From NCBI GenBank assembly GCA_963706575.1, contig CAVPNL010000005.1, positions 224,001-288,000 on the forward strand: a stretch of DNA of 64,000 bases, written 5' to 3'. Each line of letters starts with the position of its first letter. Position 1 is the stretch's first letter. The notes below the pieces were generated by a model that worked only from the letters and a program-made list of their open reading frames with translations, searched no databases and was not told the DNA's origin. Source of the DNA: an uncultured delta proteobacterium. GTDB taxonomy: Bacteria > Desulfobacterota > Desulfobacteria > Desulfobacterales > JAHEIW01. Below are positions 34,621 to 45,678 of this stretch, piece by piece. The translations under genes and the position numbers were made by a program.

Positions 34621-35478
34621 ATGTTTGATGTGGCGTATATAAGACCGGATAACCTCGGCGAAGCGCTTGATTTTTTAAACGCCAAGGGGGCCGAATCTAA
34701 AATTCTGGCCGGCGGCACAGATATAATGGTCGACCTGCGATCCGGCACGCTTAACACCCGGCATCTTCTCGATGTGAGCCGCTTGAATGATTTGAAAAAA
34801 ATTGAAGTTCTTGACGATAAATTATCCATCGGTGCTGCTGTGACGATTGCCGAATTATTGGAATCTAAAACCATTGCCGCTTCAGCCCCGGCCCTCAGAG
34901 CAGCGGCGAATAAATTCGCAAGCAAGCAAATCCGCAACGTGGCCACTATTGGTGGCAATGTCGCTCATTGCTCTCCCTGTGGCGATACCATTCCGCCGCT
35001 GTTGATTCATCAAGCCCAAGCGGTGGTAGCGAACCCGCAGGGTCAACGCAATGTGACCATTGAGGAAATGGCCAGTGGGCCCTATCATTGCAGTTTGCAT
35101 CCAAATGAACTCATTACCCATTTTATTTTAGAACCCAAGCCACCGGAAGTCGATTTCGCTGATTTTCAGAAAATCGGAAGACGGCAGGAACTGGCGATTG
35201 CAAGGATGAGTATGGCCGCCATGGCTTCCAAAGAAGATGACCACTCGATTTCCTTTTTACGTTTTGCCTTGGGGTCCTGTACGCCCACACCCCACCGATT
35301 TTACGAGGTTGAAGATTTTCTGATGGGCAAAGTGCCCACTGAAGAGGCCCTGTGGCAGGCTGGGAAAATACTGGCTGAAAAAATGTTGGATATCACCGGC
35401 CGAAGACCATCGGCGATCTATAAGGAACCGGCGATCCAGGGCTTGTTTATGCGCATGATGAGCCCATTGGTTCAGTAA
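34621..35478 (+). CDS. ndhF: molybdenum hydroxylase FAD subunit (nicotinate dehydrogenase F-like)
   Basis: LAGGTD, QIRNVATIGGN, KIGRR. Confidence 0.82.
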   Translation: MFDVAYIRPDNLGEALDFLNAKGAESKILAGGTDIMVDLRSGTLNTRHLLDVSRLNDLKKIEVLDDKLSIGAAVTIAELLESKTIAASAPALRAAANKFASKQIRNVATIGGNVAHCSPCGDTIPPLLIHQAQAVVANPQGQRNVTIEEMASGPYHCSLHPNELITHFILEPKPPEVDFADFQKIGRRQELAIARMSMAAMASKEDDHSISFLRFALGSCTPTPHRFYEVEDFLMGKVPTEEALWQAGKILAEKMLDITGRRPSAIYKEPAIQGLFMRMMSPLVQ

Positions 35479-35480
35479 TT

Positions 35481-37771
35481 ATGAAAGCAACATACAAAAT
35501 CATCGGACAAAATATTCCCAAAATCGGTTTAAAAAAGCGGTTGCGGGGAGAGCCGATTTTCAGCGCCGATCTGGAGCTCGACAACCCGCTTATCCTGAGG
35601 GTTCTGAGGAGCACCCAGGCGCATGCCGATATCAAGCGAATTGATTATGAAAAGGCACTTCGGATCAGCGGCGTTGTGGGTGTGTTTACTGCCGAAGATA
35701 TTCCCGGTAAAAATTTGACCGGTATCATCAACAAAGATCAACCCTTGTTGGCCACCGGCAAAGTGCGCAGTGCCGGCGAACCGGTTGCCCTTGTTGCGGC
35801 TGAAACCCAAGCGGCTGCAGAGAGCGCCCTGAAGGCTATCGAGGTGACCTACGAAACACTGCCGGCGGTGTTTCATACCACAGAGGCCATGGCGCCCGGA
35901 GCGACGAAAATCCACGAAAAGGGCAATCTGCTTTTCAGCCGCAAGATAAAGAAAGGTGATGTCGACAACGCATTCAGACAATGTGCGGCGATTGTCGAAA
36001 AGACCTACCAGACGACCTATGTCGAGCACAGCTATCTGGAGCCGGATGCCGGTGCGGGGTATGTGGACTATGACGATACCCTCGTCATTTTCGCTTCCAC
36101 CCAAAATCCCCATTACGACCATAAAGAACTGGTCGGCCTTCTGGGGCTTGAAGATGAGCAGGTGCGAATCATTCAGGCGGCCACCGGCGGCGGGTTTGGC
36201 TCCAAACTCGATATGAATGTGCAGGGCTTTGTCGGGTCTGGCCCTTTATCATCTGAAAAGACCGGTACGAATGGTATACAGTCGGGAAGAAGCTTACCAG
36301 GCGACAGCTAAGCGTCATCCACTTGAGATGACACTTAAAACAGGCGCTGACAGCCAAGGCAGGCTTCTGGCGATGAGCGCCACCATTACCTGCGATACCG
36401 GCGCTTATGGCTCCTATGGTATTGCCGTGACGTCACGGGCGGCGGTACATGCGACCGGTCCCTATGAAATTAAAACCGTGGCGGTTGAGAGCCGCTGCGT
36501 ATATACCAATAATCCCTTTTGCGGCGCCATGCGGGGTTTCGGTACCCCGCAGATCGCCCTGGCCCACGAATCCCAGATGGATCTTCTGGCACTGGAACTC
36601 GGCCTGGATCCCTTAGAAATACGACGGATGAATGCTTTGAAGTCGGGCTCTAAAACAGGAACCGGCCAGGAGCTGACGGACAGTGTCGGGATCGGCAAAT
36701 GTCTGGATGAGATCCAGCCTTACTTTGAGCAAGCCAAGGCAGAATGGCAATCGGAACCCATTGGCCCGTACAAAAAAAGAGGCGTCGGCATCGGATGCAT
36801 GTGGTATGGCATCGGCAACACCGGTGTGCAAAATCCGTCGACCGCCAGGATCACCATGGATCGGAATGGGAACGTTACGCTGTTTAGCGGTTGTGCGGAT
36901 ATCGGTCAGGGATCCACAACCGTCCTTGCTCAGATTGCCGCGGAGGTTCTGGGATTGGCTCCCGATTCCATCCGTCTGGTTGTGGCCGACACCAAGTGCA
37001 CCACCAACGCCGGCGCCACATCCGCCAGTCGCCAGACGTATATTTCCGGAAATGCGGTCAAAGAGGCTGCTGAAAAGCTGGCCGATGTTTTGCTGACCGA
37101 GGCGGTCAACAAACTGAAAGCACCCAAAACGTCCTTGCAGCTGAGATTCTGGTTTTATCAGGGTGTTGGACAATCCCGATAAAAAGATCGGATTTTCATG
37201 GCTGGCCCGGCGCATCCGCGAAAAGGGCCTTCCGCTGACCTGGAACGGGTTTTTCGATCCGGATACGGTGCCGCTGGATCCGGATACGGGCCAGGGCGTG
37301 CCTTACGCCACCTATGCCTTTGCCTGCCAGCTGGCGATGCTCAGTGTGGACACCCTGACCGGAGAGGTAAAGGTGGAAAAAATAGTGGCAGCCCACGATG
37401 TCGGCAAGGCCATTCATCCGGAAAATGTCAAAGGCCAGATATGCGGTGGCGTGGCCATGGGAATGGGTTTTGCCCTCATGGAAGAGTTTGTTCCCGGCCA
37501 AACCCTTTCGTTTAAAGATTATCTGATCCCCACCTGTGCGGATATGCCGGAGATCATTCCCATAATCGTAGAGTCACCGGAGCCCAGCGGGCCGTTTGGC
37601 GCCAAAGGCGTTGGCGAACCCGCTTTAATACCCACCGCTCCGGCCATCATCAATGCCCTGGCGGATGCGCTGGGCGAACGAATTTATCAATTGCCGGCCA
37701 ATCTGGAACGCGTTTTAGAAACCAGTATCAAAGCCGGCCATTTTGGTCCCAAGGAGGTAGAAAATGTCTAA
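35481..37771 (+). CDS. ndhL: molybdopterin subunit, nicotinate dehydrogenase L+M-like, fused (two frameshifts)
   Basis: STQNPHYD, GGGFG, AMRGFG, MWYGIGNTG..NP, ATSASRQT, AKGVGE; resembles E. barkeri NdhL/NdhM as recalled. Confidence 0.8.
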
Positions 37772-38924
37772 AGTCCTTTTAAAAAATATCGGAATCATTG
37801 TCAGTGGCGATATTGCAAATCCGATTTTAAAAGGCAATGCCATATTAATCGAAGACGGCAAGATAAAGCAGAACGGTCAGGAAGGCGACCTCGATGCCGC
37901 CGGCGCTGAAATGATCATTGACTGTGATGGCGCCACCGTCACCCCGGGATTGTTCGATTCTCACTGCCATGTTGTTCTGGGAGATTACACGCCCCGGCAA
38001 AAACAAACCGGGTTTTTAGAAAGCGAGGTGCACGGGGGCGTGACGACCTTTATTTCCGCCGGGGAAGTTCATCTGCCGGGGCGCCCCAAGGATCCGGCCG
38101 GCACCAAAGCACTGGCTATTTTAGCAGCGAAATCGTTTGGCAACTTCAGGCCGGGCGGCGGCAAGGTTGTCGGCGGCGCGGTGATTTTGGAAAAAGGGCT
38201 TGTTCAAGCAGATTTTGAGGAGATGGCAAGAGAAGGCGTCCGGACCGTCGGCGAAATCGGACTGGGAACCATCAAGAATCCCGAAGATGCCGCTCCCATG
38301 GTGAAATGGGCAAAAGCATGCGGCATGACCGTGATGATGCACACCGGCGGCACCTCCATTCCCGGCAGCAGCACAGTGACCGCCGAAATGGTCATTCAGA
38401 CAAACCCGGATATCGTGTCGCATATTAACGGCGGGCCGACGGCGGTGGCAATGGATGAGGTCAAACGCCTGGTGACCGAAACCGATCTGGCACTGGAAAT
38501 CGTTCATTGCGGAAATCCCAAAGTGGCGGTGGAGGCCGCCAATTTATGCGTCGAGCAAAATGCACTGGACCGCATTATCATCGGAAATGATGCGCCTTCC
38601 GGCACCGGGGTGGTGCCGCTGGGTGTGCTGCGGGTCATTTGCCATCTGGCCAGCCTGACGGCGATTAAACCCGAAGAGGCCATTTGCATGGCCACCGGCA
38701 ATACGGCCCGGGTTCACAAACTGCCTCAGGGAGTGATCGCTGAAGGCAAAGACGCCGACCTGGTCATTATGGATGCGCCCATGGGCTCGGTTGGCGAAGA
38801 TGCGCTGTCCGCCATTGAAGCCGGAGATGTGCCAGCGGTGGCCATGGTGCTGGTGGACGGTGAAATTGTAGTGGCCAAGAGCCGCAACACGCCGCCGCCG
38901 GTGCGGAAGCCAAAAGTCGTTTAA
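37764..38924 (+). CDS. ena: enamidase (amidohydrolase)
   Basis: DSHCH, GDYTPRQ, SAGEVHLPGRPKD, HTGGTSIPGS, HINGGPTA, GNDAPSGTG. Confidence 0.85.
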   Translation: MSKVLLKNIGIIVSGDIANPILKGNAILIEDGKIKQNGQEGDLDAAGAEMIIDCDGATVTPGLFDSHCHVVLGDYTPRQKQTGFLESEVHGGVTTFISAGEVHLPGRPKDPAGTKALAILAAKSFGNFRPGGGKVVGGAVILEKGLVQADFEEMAREGVRTVGEIGLGTIKNPEDAAPMVKWAKACGMTVMMHTGGTSIPGSSTVTAEMVIQTNPDIVSHINGGPTAVAMDEVKRLVTETDLALEIVHCGNPKVAVEAANLCVEQNALDRIIIGNDAPSGTGVVPLGVLRVICHLASLTAIKPEEAICMATGNTARVHKLPQGVIAEGKDADLVIMDAPMGSVGEDALSAIEAGDVPAVAMVLVDGEIVVAKSRNTPPPVRKPKVV

Positions 38925-39137
38925 GCTGTGATGGTGTTATTCGAAAAGTAAAGCCTTTATGGTTCGCATTTCAGTTTGTATTCTGGAGTAATGGAGTACT
39001 TAAGATTTCGGAATGCGGATTTCGGATTTTGAATATACGACGTGTTTGATATTCAATCTGACAATCCGGCAATTGATTTTACTCCACTCTATTAAATAGC
39101 AAAAAGTATCTCGGCTAAAAGCCGTTGGGTAAAGACT

Positions 39138-40653
39138 ATGAAGATCAATACGGACAAATGCATCGGTTGCGGGTATTGCGTGCGCGACTGCCCGGTGGAT
39201 GCCGTTAAAATGGTCAAGAAAAAGGCGGTGATCAATGATCACGGGTGCACCCATTGCGGCGTGTGCCTGCGGGTTTGCGAAAGTGATGCGGTAATTGCCG
39301 CCGAAAGCAAGCCGCCGGACGCTATCGAATGCGATGCCTGCCCGATCAAATGCTGGATTCAACCCGGGTACGTCGGCGCCTGCCACCGTTACCGCAACGA
39401 AGCGGGCAAATTGATGCGGCTCACACGGCTGCACACTTACGCCGATGTAAAACATCTCGTCGGCCCCGAACCCGGGGCCAATATTCGCAAGCCCCTGATT
39501 ACGGCCATCGGCGCCGGGACCACCTATCCGGACTGCAAACCGGCGCCCCATATCGTGCAGGCCAAAAGGCGCGGTGTTGATGTCGTCACCGTCGTGACGG
39601 AAGTTCCGTTGAGCTACAGCTCGGTCATCGTCAAAATCGATACGGATGTCCCCATCGGCCAGGAGGGCGATCGAATCTTTGTGGGCAAAAGAGAAGTCGG
39701 TATGGTGGAGACCGAACAGTACGGTTCCAAGATGCTGCATATCGGTGGTGTCAATCGTCTGACCGGGAAAAACGGTTTTGTGATTGCCAGAACCATCACC
39801 GAAATTGCCAATCGCAAACGGGTGAAACTCAAAATCGAAAACGGCAGCCGACTTGAAGTTCAGGTGGGCCATGCCCCCATCATTGACGGTAAAGAAGTGG
39901 CCAAGATGCGCGTGGGCTGCGGCAGTGCCACCATGGGGCTGTTTGCCCCCCTGCTGATAGAGGCCGCCGATGAAGTCATTATCATCGATTCCCATATCAC
40001 CGGGCAGATGAGCCGTCATGTGGCCGGAGTCTATGCCGGCGCCAAACCCACCGGTATCCGGCTGAAGTTCAGTGAAAGCACCCCGGGCCGCTATTTCGGC
40101 GATCATGGCAACGGGTGGGGGGGGACATCCATTACCCACCCGGTTGATGTGATCAGCACGATCGATATGAAAGTTGCCCGCAGCGGCATGACCATATTGA
40201 TTACCGAGACCACCGGCCAAAACGGTGCCATGTTTAAAATCGGCAAAGGCGGCAGCCTCAAAGAAATCCCCCTTTCACAAGAAAGCCGGGGCCGCCCTGA
40301 AAGCCATCGATGACAGTTGCGAACCTTCGCGGGTGTCGGCAATTTATACCGCCGGCGCCGGCGGCAGCGCGCGGGCCGGTGCGACCAAATATCCCATTAA
40401 ACTAACCCGAGCGGTGCATGCCGGCAAGGTGCATTTGACCGTGGGCGGTTCTCCCGGATTTGTCTTGCCGGGCGGGGGGATTTCTTTTATGGTGGATGTC
40501 GAGCGGGTCAAAACCGGCGCTTTTTACTGGACACCGACTCCGGCCACCATCTGTCCGCTGGAGTACACCATGAAGCTTAAGGACTATAAAGACATGGGCG
40601 GGCACATTGAAGCCATGAAGCCATTTAAAGTCAAAAAGCACGGATCAAAATGA
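39138..40653 (+). CDS. hnr: 6-hydroxynicotinate reductase (frameshift near 40285)
   Basis: 2[4Fe-4S] N-terminus, CDACP..C..GAC.RY, GTTYPDCKPAP, TEQYGS, MRVGCGSA, GAGGSARAG, PGGGI. Confidence 0.85.
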
Positions 40654-40656
40654 CCG

Positions 40657-41532
40657 ATGTCCTATGAACAATCCATAACGCTGCTGGATGAAGAAACCGT
40701 TTTAGCCGAATGCGGTCCCATGCGCCTGGCGATCCGCGCCTGGCAAAACAGCCGACCACAAATAGACCTGTGCCGGCAGGCTGCGGAAGCATCATTTACC
40801 TATCTGGAAGCGGTCGCAAAACACAAGACCGTCTTGAGCGATTTTGCCGGGAACATCAGGGCGTTGCCGGAAAACGACTTGGCGCAGCGGATGATTGAAA
40901 GTGTCCGGGCCATCGGTGATATTGATCTAACACCCATGGCTGCCGTCGCGGGCACGCTTGCCGATGCCGTGGCCGACTGGCTGTTTAGTCGCGGGTCAAC
41001 CAAGGTCGTGGTGGACAATGGCGGCGATATCGCCATACGACTGGCAGCGGGTGAAACAGCAACCGTTGGCATTCGCCCTCAAATAAACCGCTTGGACATA
41101 TCCCATATCGCCCAGCTGGACGACCGCAGTTCATCCTGGGGCGTGACCACCAGCGGTCTGGGCGGCAGAAGTTTTACCCGGGGGATTGCATCGGCTGTTA
41201 CGGTCTTGGCTGCCAGCGCCTCGGTTGCCGATGCGGCTGCCACGGCGATTGCCAATGCCTGCTTTGTAAGGGACAAAAACATACGTCAGGCTCCTGCTGA
41301 ACAAATCGATCCCAATACCGATCTGACGGGTAAAATGGTGACAATAAGTATCGGCAAACTTGCGGGGGACAAGCGCAAGGTTGCCCAAATCAACGCATTA
41401 CAGCGGGCCGAAGATCTGGTCGCTTGCGGTGTTATTGTCGGTGCGCTTATTTTCCAAGACTCACTCTTCTCGATGACCTCCTCGTTAGCCGCCCGGATCC
41501 GCAGGATCGATGACTGCCGAGGAGGAAGCTGA
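40657..41532 (+). CDS. UPF0280/ApbE-like flavin transferase
   Basis: TPMAAVAG, VDNGGDIA, TSGLGGRSFTRGIA, ADAAATAIAN. Confidence 0.85.
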   Translation: MSYEQSITLLDEETVLAECGPMRLAIRAWQNSRPQIDLCRQAAEASFTYLEAVAKHKTVLSDFAGNIRALPENDLAQRMIESVRAIGDIDLTPMAAVAGTLADAVADWLFSRGSTKVVVDNGGDIAIRLAAGETATVGIRPQINRLDISHIAQLDDRSSSWGVTTSGLGGRSFTRGIASAVTVLAASASVADAAATAIANACFVRDKNIRQAPAEQIDPNTDLTGKMVTISIGKLAGDKRKVAQINALQRAEDLVACGVIVGALIFQDSLFSMTSSLAARIRRIDDCRGGS

Positions 41533-41918
41533 AGGCACTTTTGGGGTTGCGACAGCTGCACTTAAGCTCACATCTGATCGGAAGCATGGCAATCGTTGAA
41601 AGGATTAATTGGCTTGACATGGGTTAGTGTTGTTTGCTTTAAAAAAGGATCGCGAGTAATCTCTGAGCGTTGAGGTGGCTTTTGCCGTTTCGGCGAGAAA
41701 AACAAAATTTTGGCAGCTGCCGCAGGGGCTTCAGCGGCGAATCTGCTTTGCCTGTTTTCCACACAAAGAAGCATCAATGCGTGCCAGGCAGACACGCAAA
41801 CCGCGTGTGACCGAGAGGGGGGAGGCGGTTTGCCGGTGTCTCCTTGCGGCAATTGGTTTTTGCTTGAAAATTGCAACAGGCCGTTAAACAAACCATCAAA
41901 AAACAAAGGAGGCATTCC

Positions 41919-42986
41919 ATGAAAAAACGAATGTTTTGTGCCACTGGATTCTTGGTTCTTTTCCTGGCGTTCGCTTTCCTGCTGCCAACCGCGGTGACTG
42001 CCCAGTCTAAATCAACCATGCACATCAAGTTCAGCACCTGGCATCCCCCGATGAGCCGGGAGGTTAAAACGGTGTGGATCCCCATGATGGAGGAGCTCAA
42101 AAAGAGAAGCGGCGGCCGGATTACATATACCATGTATGCTGGCGGTGCGCTGGGCAAAGGGCCGGAGCATTATGACATCGTTGCCAAAGGCCTGTCGGAT
42201 ATGGGGTATTTCACCGCCACCTGGACGCCGGGGCGCTTTCCGGTCAGCGATGTTCTGTCCCTGGCCGCCACGACCGACGGCAAGGACGTGAGCACCGAAG
42301 TCGGCAACGCGCTTTACGAGAAACAGCTGAAAAATGAATTTCCGGGGGTCAAAATGATCGAGCTGAACGGCTGTATCCAGGCGTTTCTGTGGACGACCAA
42401 GCCGATTCGCACGCTCGATGATGTCAAGGGCTTGCGGATCCGATCACCCGGCGGACACCAGACAAATTATATCAAGGCGTTGGGCGCGGAGCCCGTTTTC
42501 ATGCCTCTTGGCGACGTGTATCTTTCCATGCAGACCGGCACCATCGATGGTCTGGTGACCTGCCCGCCGCTGGTGCTGGCATTCAAACTTTACGAGGTCG
42601 CCAAGCAGGGAACCCTGGCCACCTTTGGCTGCGTCACCGAAGGGGTCATTATGAACCAGAAAAGCTGGGACAACGCGCCGGATGATTTGAAGCCGATCAT
42701 CATGGAGGTGTGCAGCAACCCCTATGCCACCACCGGCGGTTTGACCCGCGATGTTTACCAGACCATGATGGAGGAGATCGCCGACAAAGGCGTCGAGCTC
42801 TATCAGATGCCCCAGGATCAGCAGGCCCAGTGGTTTAAATTGTTCCAGGCGGAAACCAAAAAGTGGGTCAGCGAACTCCAGGCCAAAGGCCTTCCCGCCA
42901 AAGAAGCCGTCATGCTCTTTAACGAAGAGACGCATAAGCACGATGTCTCCGCTGCGGCGTTTCCAGCAGAATGGGGTAAAAAATAG
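41919..42986 (+). CDS. dctP: TRAP substrate-binding protein
   Basis: Signal peptide; YAGGALG, PGRFP, DVKGLRIR, YLSMQTGTIDG. Confidence 0.9.
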   Translation: MKKRMFCATGFLVLFLAFAFLLPTAVTAQSKSTMHIKFSTWHPPMSREVKTVWIPMMEELKKRSGGRITYTMYAGGALGKGPEHYDIVAKGLSDMGYFTATWTPGRFPVSDVLSLAATTDGKDVSTEVGNALYEKQLKNEFPGVKMIELNGCIQAFLWTTKPIRTLDDVKGLRIRSPGGHQTNYIKALGAEPVFMPLGDVYLSMQTGTIDGLVTCPPLVLAFKLYEVAKQGTLATFGCVTEGVIMNQKSWDNAPDDLKPIIMEVCSNPYATTGGLTRDVYQTMMEEIADKGVELYQMPQDQQAQWFKLFQAETKKWVSELQAKGLPAKEAVMLFNEETHKHDVSAAAFPAEWGKK

Positions 42987-43010
42987 CTCGGCGCATAAGG
43001 AAGGTTATCA

Positions 43011-43502
43011 GTGGAAAAAGACGGGAAGATCAAATTCTGGATTCAGCGCGTCAACCGCTGGATTTGTTATGTGGGCATGTTTCTGATTCTTCCCTTGATG
43101 CTGTTCACGACTGCTGATGTCATCGGCCGGGCTGTCTGGGCCCGGCCGATTCCCGGCATCGTCGAGCTTTCCAGCTACGTGCTGGATGTTTTCATCCTAT
43201 TGGGCTTGGCCTACACCCAGCAGGTCAAAGGCCACGTGCGTGTTTCCATGTTGACCTCCCGCATGTCGCCGCGCGCTCAAATATTTCTAGAAATTGTCGT
43301 AACGTGTCTCAGCCTGTTCATCATCGCTCTGCTGGCCTGGCAGGGCTGGGTCGTGGGTTTAGAGGAAACCGCGGTTTCCGACATGCTTAGAGTAGCGCAA
43401 CGCCCCTTCAAGCTTCTGGTCGGTGTCGCTGCCTTTTTGCTTTGCCTGGAGTTGATGGTCGATCTGGCGACAGCCTTTAGGGCATTTAAAAGGAGCGGGT
43501 AA
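43011..43502 (+). CDS. dctQ: TRAP small permease
   Basis: ADVIGR, LAYTQ..GHVRV; four TM segments. Confidence 0.88.
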   Translation: MEKDGKIKFWIQRVNRWICYVGMFLILPLMLFTTADVIGRAVWARPIPGIVELSSYVLDVFILLGLAYTQQVKGHVRVSMLTSRMSPRAQIFLEIVVTCLSLFIIALLAWQGWVVGLEETAVSDMLRVAQRPFKLLVGVAAFLLCLELMVDLATAFRAFKRSG

Positions 43503-44809
43503 TGGATCCGGTTCTCTTAGGCCTTGTTGGCACCCTTCTCGTGTTTTTCCTGCTTTCCCTGGGAATGCCGATCGCTTTCTCGATGATGCTGGTGGGCTTC
43601 CTGGGCATTTCGTTTCTTTCGTCCGTCCAGGCCGCCCTGCCGGTACTGGCCCGAACCGTCTACGAAACATCCTCGCACTATCCTTACACCGTTATCCCCC
43701 TGTTTGTGGTCATGGGGGGGTTTGCCGGCAGCTCCGGCATGACGAGGCAGTTGTACGCGGCTTTCGACAAATGGCTGCGCATGCTTCCCGGCGGTCTTGG
43801 CGTGGCGACCGTCGCCGCCTGCGCCGGGTTTGCCGGGGTATCCGGATCATCGGTTGCCACGGCGGCAGCCATGGGAACGGTGGCGATCCCGGAAATGAAT
43901 CGGTTTGGTTACAGCCCCAAGCTGTCCGCAGGCACCGTTGCGGCCGGTGGCACCCTGGGATTTCTGATACCGCCCAGCATCGGTTTCGTGGTTTATGGTA
44001 TGCTGACCGAACAGTCCATCGGGAGACTGCTGATCGCCGGGATTGTTCCGGGACTTCTGCTGGCGCTGGCGTACATCGGTATCATCGTATCGTGGGTGAA
44101 GATAAATCCGAAGATTGCTCCCAGCAGCCCCGAACCCGTGAGCTGGAAAGAAAAGTTTGCTTCCCTGCTGCCCGTGTGGGAACCGCTGATGATATTTTTG
44201 GTCGTCATGGGCGGCATTTATCTCGGATTTTTTACGCCCACGGAAGCGGGTGGCGTCGGTGCGACGGTGCTTTTTCTGGTGGCGCTGTTTAAACGCAAAT
44301 TGCATTGGACGGCTTTCAAAGCCGCTTTGCTGGAATCTGTCAGCATTTCGGTAATGGTTCTTTTCCTAGTCGCTGGAGCCAACGTCTTCAGTACGTTTCT
44401 GGCGCTCTCCACGATACCCATTCAAGTGTCTACCTGGGTGGTCTCGCTTGAGGTCTCCCGGTACATGATTCTGGCGATTGTTATTCTGATTTATCTTTTC
44501 TTGGGCTGTTTTCTGGACGCCATTTCGATGATGGTGCTGACCATGCCGGTTATTTTCCCGGTGATCATCAATTTGGGCTTTAACCCGATTTGGTTCGGCG
44601 TCATCGCAGTCTTGATGATGGAGGCCGGGCTGCTCACTCCGCCGATGGGGCTCAATGTGTTCACCGTTGCGGGCGTGGCCAAAGACGTGCCCCTGGAATC
44701 GATTTACCGCGGTATCCTGCCTTTTTTGATTTCCATATTTGGGGTGGTTCTTCTTATTATCCTCTTTCCGAAGCTGGCCACCTTCCTGCCGAACATGATG
44801 CTAAACTAG
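43502..44809 (+). CDS. dctM: TRAP large permease
   Basis: IPLF, SGSSVAT, GTLGFLIPPS, FTPTEA, LTPPMGLNVF. Confidence 0.92.
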   Translation: MDPVLLGLVGTLLVFFLLSLGMPIAFSMMLVGFLGISFLSSVQAALPVLARTVYETSSHYPYTVIPLFVVMGGFAGSSGMTRQLYAAFDKWLRMLPGGLGVATVAACAGFAGVSGSSVATAAAMGTVAIPEMNRFGYSPKLSAGTVAAGGTLGFLIPPSIGFVVYGMLTEQSIGRLLIAGIVPGLLLALAYIGIIVSWVKINPKIAPSSPEPVSWKEKFASLLPVWEPLMIFLVVMGGIYLGFFTPTEAGGVGATVLFLVALFKRKLHWTAFKAALLESVSISVMVLFLVAGANVFSTFLALSTIPIQVSTWVVSLEVSRYMILAIVILIYLFLGCFLDAISMMVLTMPVIFPVIINLGFNPIWFGVIAVLMMEAGLLTPPMGLNVFTVAGVAKDVPLESIYRGILPFLISIFGVVLLIILFPKLATFLPNMMLN

Positions 44810-44942
44810 ATGGATTCCAGCTGTCACGCTAATGGATGATAGATATGGCAGATACTTTGCTGATGGTAATCAGGAAGGATATTACAATTTAGAAGGGATT
44901 ATCATTCAATCCAAAATCCGCAATCTGAAATCCGCAATCCGT

Positions 44943-45653
44943 TTATTCCCCCAGATACGCTTCACGGACCATTTCGTTTTTCTCGAGGTTTTCACAGGAA
45001 TCGCTGAGCACGACCGAACCCGATTGCAGCACATAGCCGCGGCTGGCGACCTGCAGTGCCAACCGGGCATTCTGCTCGACCAGCAGGATGGTTGTTCCGG
45101 CGGCATGCAGCTGGCGAATGGTATCAAAGATGTCGTCGACCAGCACCGGTGCCAATCCCATGGACGGTTCGTCAAGCAGCAGTACCTTGGGGCTGGTCAT
45201 GAGTGCGCGGCCCATGGCCAGCATTTGCTGCTCGCCGCCGCTAAGGGTGCCGGCCACCTGCTTGCCGCGCTCTTTGAGCCGCGGGAAGAGTTGTAACACG
45301 CGTTCCAGGTTCTCTTTGTTCTTTTGGCTGTCTTTGCAGATGAAGGCGCCCATGTCCAGATTTTCCATTACCGTCAACGTGCCGAAAATACGGCGGCCCT
45401 CGGGAACCTGGACCACGCCTTTCTCGACGATTTTATGGGGCCGCAGTTTGGTGAGATCCTCATCGTTCAAGCGGATCGACCCTTTGCGGGGTTTTAACAG
45501 ACCGCTGGTGGTTTTGAGCATGGTACTTTTGCCTGCACCGTTGGCACCGATGATGGTCACAATCTCACCTTCTTCGACGCTGACCGAAACGTCTCTGAGC
45601 GCATGGATGTGTCCGTAATAGGTGTGGATTCCCTCAACTTCAAGCATTGCCAT
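44943..45653 (-). CDS. livF: branched-chain amino acid ABC ATPase
   Basis: GANGAGKST, VPEGRRIF, LSGGEQQMLA, DEPSMGLAP. Confidence 0.93.
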   Translation of the reverse strand: MAMLEVEGIHTYYGHIHALRDVSVSVEEGEIVTIIGANGAGKSTMLKTTSGLLKPRKGSIRLNDEDLTKLRPHKIVEKGVVQVPEGRRIFGTLTVMENLDMGAFICKDSQKNKENLERVLQLFPRLKERGKQVAGTLSGGEQQMLAMGRALMTSPKVLLLDEPSMGLAPVLVDDIFDTIRQLHAAGTTILLVEQNARLALQVASRGYVLQSGSVVLSDSCENLEKNEMVREAYLGE

Positions 45654-45678
45654 GGCAGACTTCCTCCTGATTTCTCAT

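Noticed and set aside
39000..40220. 406-aa minus-strand ORF and similar long antisense ORFs (7696-8454, 33300-33950, 48468-49241)
   Set aside because: Shadows of well-supported genes on the opposite strand; no recognisable motifs.
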